Assembly: GCF_964355755.1 (NCBI RefSeq)
Contig: NC_092677.1
Location: 27,205,175-27,269,174 of the forward strand
DNA length: 64,000 nucleotides
Reading direction: 5' to 3'
From: Antedon mediterranea
Taxonomy: Eukaryota > Animalia > Echinodermata
The notes below the pieces were generated by a model. The model made no database searches, had not been told where the DNA came from, and saw only the letters and a list, made by a program, of their open reading frames with translations. Both the position numbers and the translations under genes were made by a program. The first letter of the stretch is position 1. The number at the start of each line of letters is the position of its first letter. Shown one piece after another: positions 47,301 to 58,700 of the stretch.

Positions 47301-50300
47301 GGTAAGAAATTCATTCCAAACTTTAAATTTCAGAGCAAGCAAACATGAAAATCAGTTGCCAACATTCAAGTTTATTTAGTTCCATACAAGAATTTGATGA
47401 CAAGTGGAAACAAACAAACATCATTTCTAATTCTTAAAATTATTAAAATAAATTGTTACATGTTTAATTTGTACAGGTTCAACAGGGCCTAGGTTTATCC
47501 AGGTTAACTCAGATAGCTCCTGGATTCCCTACAGCAGTAGCACCATTTGTACCACCCTCAATTGACCAGCACGGCCCACCTCAGCTCACGCAAGATGTTC
47601 TTCATGGACTGCAAGCAGCCACGGAGCACAGTATTATGCCTGAAGTGGCTAAGCCTCAAATTAGGTAATAAAGCTTTATTTTAATGTAATGTATTTTAAT
47701 AAATTATAAATTTATGTTCAATATTTTACAACCTGGCTATTAATATTATTTAATGTATAATAGGATTATTTAAAAAAAAAATTTAAATTTGTTTGCACTC
47801 AACTTCATTTTACAGCGTTACTGATCAAGTAGAGAAAACTGGGATGACATGGTTGAAAGCAGCTGAGGTAAGTGAATAAAGATTTTTTCAGGGATACTTT
47901 ACCTTTCCGATCAACATGTTGTTTAATTTTCGTATCCTTTTTGGTTTCAGCAAATTCTTAAAAGTACAAACCGTCCAATGCACATCAAAGAGATCAAACT
48001 GCAGATACTATCGCAAGGTTTGATCCAATCAAAAGCAAGATCCAACCTAGAGTCAATACTGTACCGTGATGCGCAAAAACACAACGGACGCTTTGCCAAG
48101 GTCGAAGGTCATCAGGGGACATTCAGACTCTTGGTTAGTGAAATTATTTATCTTTGAAACTTTTTATTTTTGTCAGAAACGTACAACATGAAAATAGAAC
48201 AAAAATGTAAACCATGCTGCATGATAAGATATAGCAGTCAAGAGTCTTTCCACAAAATAGATTTAGATCTTAATGTGAAGTATGCATGTGAGTCAGACTG
48301 TCCCTATATAATGATTCAATAATTTATCTTTTTTAGACTCCAGAAGAGATTGTTTGGAAAGTACAGAATTACAAACTAGCTAAAGAGTCACAGAAAAAAC
48401 AACCTAAGGAGAGTGACAACGAACGTTATCAGAAACGATTTAAAAAACTTAGAAAAGTTGCAAAAGCCATGATCTTTGTAAGTTATTTTATAATTTTTTT
48501 TATATAATTTTTATTTAATACTTAGAGTATTTATATGTAGATAGAAATAAAACCATAAACAAAATGTTGTGGTGTTGAAACACATTCTTTCATTTATTTA
48601 TTTATTTATTTATTCATTTATTGTGCCAAAGAAGGGGTTCTATTGTATATTAATTGTTAAATGTTTTGTTTTTCATTTTCTTTTTCATTCTGTTTTTCAT
48701 TCTGTTCATATTGTAGGAAAATGCAGCTTTGTGTGATGAAATTTCAAGAACTGAAGAGAAGATTATTCGAGTGATTGAGGAACGAAAACTGCTATTGAAA
48801 CGAGTTCTCCAACAACAAGCGCTGAGGCAAGCTACTTCGATACAAACGGTGCAGAATTCTAGCGTGGCTAGCAAATCGGCGTCTCCTGCGGCTTCGTTAG
48901 ATATCAGCTTAAATCGCTCACAAGATAACAAGAAAGATGGAAAGTTAAAGAACAAGAACAAAAACAAGCATAAAAAAGTGAAAGAAAAATCCAAGGATCG
49001 GAAACATTTGAAAGGTAGGTGGTTCATTTACCATCAAATTATTTTCTGCATATTAAATGTTGTACTACTGACATTTAGTCTTCTTCTTCGTCAAGTAACT
49101 AATACCGTTTCACATTGCCTAGCAAATCTCTGGACATGAAAATAGAGGCTAACACCATACAAAAACTGGCATTCTAAAATCTTCAACACTTTTTATTGTT
49201 GAATTTTTTTCTCTAGATAAAAAAACTGAGTCTCGTTCCAAAACCAAAAAAACTAATCTTTCTAGAAAAATCGTACAACCTATCACCTTGGATGCATCTG
49301 GTAAGAATTTTAGTTTATTTTCTACTTTTAATCAAATTATTAATTCCAAAATATAATTATTATACCTAAATTTATCTATTTAGTCTCATTATATCATATA
49401 TTTAGATCTCTTATTATTTATAATCATTACATTTATTTATTTTTGTTATTACTGTAGTCTAATATAAACTTTCTTTAAACACATTTTTTCACCAATCTAG
49501 GGAGACCAGTGTATCCCATAGTTCTTGGCGACCTGACGGTCCATAGTCTTGGAGATGTGATAGTTGATCGTCCAGGATTTCACTCTGAGAAGTACATCTA
49601 CCCTGTTGGCTTCTGTAGCTCACGAACGTTTGTGAGCGTGAAGGATCCAGACTCGCTGTGTTTATACACTTGTAAGATATTGGATGGTGCAACGGGGCCA
49701 AAGGTCAGTCTTAAATAAATTAAATAAATGTATTGAATTATTTCTGTGGTCAGACAACTGATATTCTAAATATAAAATGCCTCATTTTTAGCTCTATCTC
49801 ACTGTGTACTATAGATATACCAAACCTGTAGGTCCTGTTTTAAGTGGCCTTTTTACAGACATATCACTAGTATATTTTATTTAATTCATATATAAAATAT
49901 ATTAAAAATCACACATTTGTAAAATTCGGCAGCAGGAAAAAACGTTTTTCAGCTGAATTTGCACTTTATGATTATTTTATTATATATACTTTCCGTTAAT
50001 TTAGTAGTTTAGTTTAACTTCAAATCAATTGGCTTATTTGTATCGTAGTTTGCAATCGTGTCGGAAGATAAACCTGGTGTCACATTTGAGGGCGCTTCAG
50101 CTTCTCTAGCTCATGCTTCATTATTACGAGCTGTTAATAATGCATGGTTAGTATATTTACTTTTTTTATATATTCATGCAATTAAAATGTTTGTTTGAAG
50201 TCAGTCTTCTAACAACATAAAGAGGGACCCATTATGGACCCCTGTTGGATGCCTGAAATAACTGGAAGCCATGTGAGGTCAAAAGGTTCCTGCACAATCG

Positions 50301-50766
50301 CATTCATGTTTTGATGTCATGATTCTTGTACCACCCTTCAATGACATCATTCAGCACCCTCTTACTCCTCTAGTTTATTTGAATTTAGTTTTTAATAATG
50401 TACTTTGCAGTAATTTGTTAAACTTTCTTTTGTTTTAGTGGTAGAGAGGTTGTGTCGCACTCTAAAGGTAGTGGACCAGCTTTCTTTGGATTCTCCAAAC
50501 CCACCATCCAAAACCTGATTCAGAGTTCACCCGGCCCTCGTAAATGCGCCAACTACAAATGGATGAAATTTGACATATGCAAACAAGACGAAAGGACCGC
50601 AGTGTTTGACCAAAGCATGCGGGATCCAGCAATCAACTTCCAAGCATTTCAGAACGCAAGGCTAAAAAGTTCTCCAAATGAAATCAATCTACGTAATCTA
50701 TTGACAGATTTTAATCCCACAATTCTGTTGGGTTCTAAACTTAGTATACCAATGAAGTCAACATAA
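46286..50766 (+). CDS. TBRG1: TBRG1/NIAM homologue (coiled coil + FYRN + FYRC) with N-terminal polyQ and HARE-HTH domain, 11 exons
   Basis: NERYQKRFKKLRKVAKAMIF|ENAALCDEI..EERKLLLKRVLQ, FYRN (VQPITLDASGRPVYPIVLGDLTVHSLGDVIVDRPGFHSEKYIYPVGFCSSRTF..LYTCKILDG), and FYRC (SGPAFFGFSKPTIQNLIQSSPGPRKCANY). Exons approx. 46286-46690, 47082-47301, 47478-47665, 47816-47867, 47951-48133, 48337-48477, 48717-49014, 49217-49300, 49501-49703, 50049-50146, 50439-50766. An alternative in-frame ATG lies at about 46247. Confidence 0.9.
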
Positions 50767-51145
50767 GGTTAGGGTCTAAACTTAGTATACCAATGAAGTC
50801 AACATAAGGTTAGGGTCTAAACTTAGTATACCAATGAAGTCAACATAAGGTTAGGGTCTAAACTTAGTATACCAATGAAGTCAACATAAGGTTAGGGTCT
50901 AAACTTAGTATACCAATGAAGTCAACATAAGGTTAGGGTCTAAACTTAGTATACCAATGAAGTCAACATAAGGTTAGGGTCTAAACTTGGTATATCAATG
51001 ATGTCAACATAAGCTTAGGGTCTAAACTTGGTATATCAATGATGTCAACATAAGCTTAGGGTCTAAACTTGGTATAGCAATGAAGTCAACATAAGGTTAG
51101 GGTCTAAACTTAGTATACCAAAGTCAACATAAGGTTAGCTTCTAA
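50734..51145. repeat. 41-bp tandem repeat, about 10 copies, overlapping the TBRG1 stop codon
   Basis: Unit TCTAAACTTAGTATACCAATGAAGTCAACATAAGGTTAGGG. Confidence 0.95.
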
Positions 51146-51451
51146 GGCTCTGACTAAATTAACCATCCTTTTCAATAATTCTTATTGGTCTTTTAGCCAT
51201 CAGTAAACAACGCTTTATTGTTCTTAACTGTTTTCTTCTTGCAATATAATTGTTTAGTAACATCACATTTCTTAATACTTTATTTTAATTACTCTGGACT
51301 TTCAAGAAGCATGTTACTATTCCAAAAGTGTAGTAGTTTCCAAATGAATAGAACCTTAAAATACACCTCTTGAAGCAACCTGTAGTAAATTAAAATGTTC
51401 AAGTTAGCGCTAGCGTCATTGACTGTTTCTATTCTGATATGCACTGCATCA

Positions 51452-51836
51452 AGCCCACGTGGCCTAGTTCAATCCACTATGTATGTAGCCCACGTGGCCT
51501 AGTTCAATCCACTATGTATGTAGCCCACGTGGCCTAGTTCAATCCACTATGTATGTAGCCCACGTGGCCTAGTTCAATCCACTATGTATGTAGCCCACGT
51601 GGCCTAGTTCAATCCACTATGTATGTAGCCCACGTGGCCTAGTTCAATCCACTATGTATGTAGCCCACGTGGCCTAGTTCAATCCACTATGTATGTAGCC
51701 CACGTGGCCTAGTTCAATCCACTATGTATGTAGCCCACGTGGCCTAGTTCAATCCACTATGTATGTAGCCCACGTGGCCTAGTTCAATCCACTATGTATG
51801 TAGCCCACGTGGCCTAGTTCAATCTACTATGTATGT
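51452..51836. repeat. 35-bp minisatellite, about 11 copies, each with CCACGTGG
   Basis: Unit AGCCCACGTGGCCTAGTTCAATCCACTATGTATGT. Confidence 0.96.
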
Positions 51837-52755
51837 ATGTTGTATGTACGGTATATGTATTGTTCTCTAGCAGTAACATTACAGATGTCATTCAAGATTG
51901 TTCTAATTTCTAGACTATTATTATAAAGATATGTTTGAATTCAGGGAAGACAAATTGTGTATACATAAAAAGTTAATAAAATATTTTTTAAACAAGTTGT
52001 TTTTGAAATTTTCATTTTATTTATTTCTTCTTTTGTTATTTGTTCTCTGCGTGTTGGCTGCGCATCGTCATAATTATTGCATGTGCTTGTTCCTTGGCAT
52101 TTTGCAGAAGATCTTATGATTTGGACCAAGATGTTCATGGTTATTTATTAGTATTAATAATAAGAATGATGGTGATTTAGAATTGTAAGTAACTATTAAT
52201 TACTGTTAATGTTGATCCAGTCCTAAAGATTAAGATATAAAGATCATAGTTAATACTTCACTTTCAAAATTGCTGACTTCTACAATGTTTTAGGCCTTGG
52301 TATAGCCTCTCGTTTGAAGTAGTTTGGTTTAAACCAAATAATAAATGTTTTATATTCGTGCAATGGAATAATCACATCACGAAATTATTCCATGGATCTA
52401 CCCTAGACCTATATTGGCATAACTTTCTGCCAATGAAATCAAGCGATTAATATGATTAGTCGAATACATTTAACCCTTTAAGCTTCTGAAAATTATTTAG
52501 TCTTGCTTGGTTCAGGCAAATTCTAAAGTCCACTTTGGTACGATAAATGTATCTCTCTCAGTATACCGTTTCGGTAGATTGACAGATGCTCAGGTGGCAG
52601 CAGATGGGAAGTGATGCGAGTGATGAAAAAGGATTTGTTTTTCTGAGTTTTCTGTCAGTTTTGATATCAGTAATTATACCAGGGAGTTGTTCAACTCCCT
52701 GATTATACGTTTTAAACCATAATCCTTGACTGGAATATCCTCCTTCGAATAAACT

Positions 52756-55700
52756 ATGTGGAAATATAATGTTTGCATCCTGTCCACGTTTCTTTTCCTA
52801 GGCCATCTTATGGTTAGGCCTACGGATGCCGTCAGCAGCAGACGATTGTCGGTAGGAAGCACATCCTCTGCCGCCGGGCTTGTAGGCCTAGGCCTAAATC
52901 AACAGGAGAACTTCATTGGCTCGAATTCGAGTAACTGTGATTTTATTGAAATAGGGACTGTAGATTCAAATGACCCTAAAGTGTATGCTTGCACCATCCA
53001 GAATAGTGATTCACAGGTTGGTTTTTAAATTTTGTGTTCTTTTTTTTTATCAACTTCAACAGTATAAATTATATTAAATCTGTTTATTAATTAAGTATAT
53101 GTTATGCGCGATTTGAACGATTTGCGCAATTTGAAATTGCACAACCAACTTGCGCAATTTCAAATTGCGCAAGAAAATCTTTGCGCAATTTTAAATTGCG
53201 CTGCACAATTTGTAAATTGCGCAAGATAGTTCTTGCGCAATATGACACCTTTGCGCAATTTGAAAACGAACTGTAACTTTTCAAATTGCGCAACAAAATT
53301 CTACCAGACAATCGGTATTATAATAATTTATTGGAAACTAAATAACTCAAAATAAAACATAATAAATGCGAAGATAACATGTGTATAATAAATACATAAC
53401 ATTTATTATTACAATTAGATAATATTATTATCACTGTAACTTGAAATAAATCAAAATAAATGTAAAAATTAAGTTTTTAATATTAGTTTAAGCTAGGCCA
53501 TGTAACCTAGTCAGTATCAGTAGTCCAGACCCTAGCTAGGCTAGAGTAGTATAGCCGGCCGCCCGCGCCGCGCCCGCCTGGTGGAACACCACCGCTTCGT
53601 TTTCCTTCGTCGGTTCTTCGACGGTATGCTAACTTATAACAATATTTGCACTACTAAAATAAGGAAATGCGATATTTATCTTTAATTTTGAATCATTCTT
53701 AGAAATTACTATAAAAATATGGGTGTGCATGATTTCACAATCTGTCGAAAAACCTTGCGCAATTTGCAGATTACTTGCGCAATTTAATACGTTGCTTGCG
53801 CAATTTGAAACACATGTTTCAATTCAAATTGCGCAAGGATTTTTTTTGCGCAATTTCAAATTGCGCAAATCGTTCAAATCGCGCATAACATATATATTTA
53901 TAAGGTTATTGGAAATAGTTTGATTTCACGAAGAACGTTATTGCACAATGCATGATGGAAAGAGTTTAGAATCAAACGTCACGACATGTACGTACAAACA
54001 GCAAATCATGTGCGTATTCGATGTGAAGTATGTTTGCTCCTAAACCCTTTTCCATCATGCGTTCCTACGCCATTTGCTGACCAATTCTTTCTCAGTTTCT
54101 GTGCTGTGTTTAATTATTGTAAATAATGTACCCATGATGCACCTCTCCCGGGGGTCATATAATGCGTCGTACAATTTTCAAACTTTGCATTAGACCTGCG
54201 ACGACTATGGTGGTATGAAAGCCAATGATTGATTGTGAATATCACAAATGCCTTTTCTATCGGTGCTTTTTAGAATTAAACTTTTCTCAAGAGAAGGGTA
54301 ACAGTAACAAATGTTATAATGGAAATCTAATGCTTGATTCTCACTCGCGACGCGACGTACTGTAAGAAAATGCCCTTCCAATAATTGTGTTTGTCCCCCA
54401 CCTCCGTGAAATCAAACCTGAGATGTTTGCAGCACTGTTGCGTCGTCGGTTTCCACTTGTGATTACGCAATACAACACTTTCAAAGTGTTTGCATCAATA
54501 TTATGTAATGTTACGTCGCTAGTGGAAGTACGCTTTTCATTTGAAAATTTTGTTTAGCAAAATTGCTATCAAACTGATTTTTTAGTCAAGAAACATAGTT
54601 TTGTATTGTATTTTTTGCTACACAATTGTAGAAATGTGTAGCAAAAAGGTTGTTTTGTATAGCTTTTTGCTATTGCTACACTGGCGAAATTATTCCCTGA
54701 GGCTATATGTAGGTCAAGTCCATAAATAAAGGAACTTCATACTGTGTTCTGCATTGTACAACAGCTGATATGAGACAGTAGAATACTGACTGTACATACA
54801 TTTTTTTTTCACAGGCTATAAGAATTTCTGTGAAGAGCAAATCGGCCCTAGTTAACTTACCCATTCTATTTGTTGTCAAACAGCAGAAAAGTGTGCTGTC
54901 ATGGGCAGTACCACATATAATTCAAAATAAGTAAGTAAAAGTAGTCCGTACTAACATTAGTAGTCCCATAGCCTATGACAACACAATGTTGAATGTTATT
55001 GTTATAAGATATTTCGTTGTTTGGTATATAGTCAACCTTCTCATTTACACACTTTTTTTCTATAAACCTTTTTTTTATGAACGATCTTCAAATTTGTTTT
55101 GTAACTTATAATATTAATATCCTGGATTTATATAGCACCTAATGTTGTGAAACCTTTAATCTCTGAACATTATTACCCCGGTCATGTTTTGGGATCAAAC
55201 ACGTGTGGAAATAATGCAGCTAGTAATCAGCGCAAAGCTGTGTCTTTTATACACCTGGGTGGAGAGAGGCAAACGTAAGGATACAAGCAATGCGACGAGA
55301 GTTGGATTTGAACCTCGATCTTACTGCGCCACACGCCCCTAAGTAACTTAGATAAAACAATGACAAAAAATCCTCTGTTTCATTTCCAAAGCTCGACCCG
55401 GGTCAATTTAAACGTGATTTCATCAATGACAATTTAATTTAAACTCACTATACAAATCTCATCATGACTGGTAATTATTTTGGTTTCAGGTATGAATATC
55501 CTGTAGTTGGTCATACACTCTGCCCAGAGCAATCAAATGGCACACACAGGAATATTAGCATAGCCTTAACTACATCGTCACTAAAAACGGTTCCTTTTAC
55601 ATTGAATGTCACACAAGTTCCAAATTTTAAACTTACGTGAGTACCTATGTAAATTATCACTTCATCTAAGAAACCTTTTTTTTACCGTATTAGAATATTC

Positions 55701-58700
55701 ATAACAATTTTTGATTATTTATTTTTTATCACAACTTTGAAAATTAGATATTATATAATTTTTAGACTAACACTACACAATGATAAATTATAAATATTTG
55801 TAGTTAGTATTTATAAATATTTGTAGTAGTATTTGTAAATATTTTTTTTAACGATATTATAAGATTAACAAATAAATATATACATTTTTTTTTTATTTAA
55901 GAATGGACCAGAAAATTTCTGTTGTAGCAACACCATCACAATCGCAGGTAAGAAAATCATGTGATTATGACATCATTATCAACATACTGTATCACATGTG
56001 ATTATGACATCATTATTAACATACTGTATCACATGTGATTATAACATTATCAACATACTGTATCACATGTGATTATGACATCATTATCAACATACTGTAT
56101 CACATGTGATTATGACATCATTATCAACATACTGTATCACATGTGATTATGACATCATTATCAACATACTGTATCACATGTGATTATTGTATGACATAAT
56201 TATCAACATATTGTATCACATTGATAGTACTGTATCACACAAAGTAAATAACAAAATTTTTTCATTGTCATCTTATTTATTAATATGTTTTGCAACATTA
56301 AAATTAACAATTTATATCAGGAATTTGTCATCATAAACAAAGTAATTTGTTTTCCTATTATTAGGAAATTTATTTCAGAGTGAAACACTGATGGAAAATA
56401 AATGACCAAATAAATGTTGTTAATTTTGTAAATATTGAGCAGCAGTCTAAACGTATTGGTAGATAAGTGTTTTTTAATGGCTTTCAGAAATACGACAATT
56501 GTCCATTGTAAAAACTAATTTGTGCTTGAAGCAAATTGTGCTTCATATATTGCATTAAAAAATTGTGTGAAGATTATGTTTATTTTTTTTGTAAAAACAT
56601 ACTTGTATCTCTGAATCTGTCCTTGGGAAAAGTAAAGCTCTGTGTACTGTGCACTATCAAACTAGTGTGATGGGGCCAAATATGGTAGTGATATGCACAA
56701 ATATGGTAGTGATATGACATCATCATGCCCATATATGGGCACATCACATTTTGTGGTCACATAGTTTGATAGTTTATACAGAGTTAAATTACTGTATGAA
56801 GATCATTCGTTAATTTGAACCATTCATCTTCTAATTGCAAACCAAATGTTGCCTAGAATTGCCTCAAACAAATAAACAACTAGAGGGTACTCCGAGAGTA
56901 CAAACCTCCGCCTACTGTAAAATTCCCCTACATAAAATGCCCCCTGAATATTTTTTTTTTTACATTTTTTTTTATTAGTTCTAAGTGTAAATATGTTAAC
57001 TGCACACTACAAAGTTGTGGATGACAGTGTGGTGTAATGGTTATGTATCCAGCCTCTCACAGTTGAGATCGCTGGTTCAAGTCCCACTGAGGGTTTTTTT
57101 TTATTGTTATTTTTTTATTTATTTTTTTTTTTTTTTGTGGACCTTGATCTTTGACCCTGACCCTTCAAAATTTAACCACAATTATATGATGTGTCATTGA
57201 TCATTGTGGCTAAGTTTGGTGAGAATCGGATCAAAACTGTGGTCTCTAGGCAGTAAAATAGTTTTTTGTTAGTTGTGACCTTGACCTATGACCTTTCCCC
57301 CTCAAATTCGAACTCATCCAAGCTTTTTGGGCATAGATCATTGTGTCCAAATTTGGTTAGAATCGGATAAAAACTGTGGCCTCCAGGCTGTTCACAGACA
57401 CACACACAAACACACACAAACACACACACAAACACACACAAACACACACACAAACATACAGGGGTGAAAACATAACCTCCTTGGCGGAGGTAATAACATT
57501 GTCAAATAGCTACTGGTTGTCAATTTGATTTCATACTTGATATATTGCCACGTAATAAAAAAAATGAATTAAAAGAACAATTTTCCCAGAGAAAGATATC
57601 ATATAAAATGAATTTGTAAAGTTAATTACTTAACTACTTTTTAAACAACCGGTGTTGCATGTCTGTTGCAGTCACACTCTTATTTGAAATAACTAAATCA
57701 TGCACACAGCTACAGTAGTTCTAGTAGTAATCAATATTATAATCATATTGATGAATGTTTGTCTATAATAGACTATGAATATCAGTGTGTTGAGAAAATT
57801 GATTTTTGCTTTATAATATTGCCTCTCTTAGAATGTAATTTAATAATTTAATGAATGATAGTTAAATAAGTAAAGGACACAACATTCAACTGTCAACATT
57901 TTAATGTACACTACAGACTTTTTCTTTAAAGAGAAAAAACAATCTTTTAATCATCAGGTGCTAAATTCCTTTTACAAATACCAAATATCACCTGCCAAAA
58001 ATAAGATAAGATTTTTTATTAAAAGGGCCCATACAGTACATATCAGTTAACCCACTGGGCTAAACACATAGGGTTACCCTCTTTAAAGATAATTAGAATA
58101 AAAATAAAATTGAGGTTACGCATTTCAGAATGTATTAGTTTTACGACGCCTACAATATAGCCTACATTTTGTCTGCACTCCATAAAAGCCATCGGTATCA
58201 TAAAAGTAGAAAGCACAGTATAAATACTAAAGTTTAATATTTTATTTACTCTGTTTTCAGTATTACAAGTTTCAGTTTCCAGATGGAGTGCAGTCGGTGA
58301 TAGTGAGGGCGACGTCAGAATCCAAGTTGTGCGCTGTTGTATCATTACAAAGCATAAATGTGAGTATATCACGTTATGTTATAATAATTAATAATAATAA
58401 TTTAATAATTTATATAGCGCCAATTAAAAACTTTAACAAAGGCGCTGTGTTACATATGTTCGCAGTACTATTTCGAAATGTAAAAAAAAAGTAAAAAAAT
58501 TGATGCACATATTTAGAATTAAAAATGAAAAATTGTGCAAAATAGTACGTAATACATGATTTGAATGTCAATCTTCATTATTATTTCCGTCATAAGGTAG
58601 AACGCCATTAAAGAGACACCATCGGGAACCATGTTCGCTTAAATATAGACACGTGCCCTGAATGGCCTCATCAATATTCATCATTGTCATTATCCATCAT

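Noticed and set aside
50767-51140. Interstitial telomeric sequence (TTAGGG)
   Set aside because: Only one TTAGGG occurs per 41-bp unit; there are no tandem hexamers.
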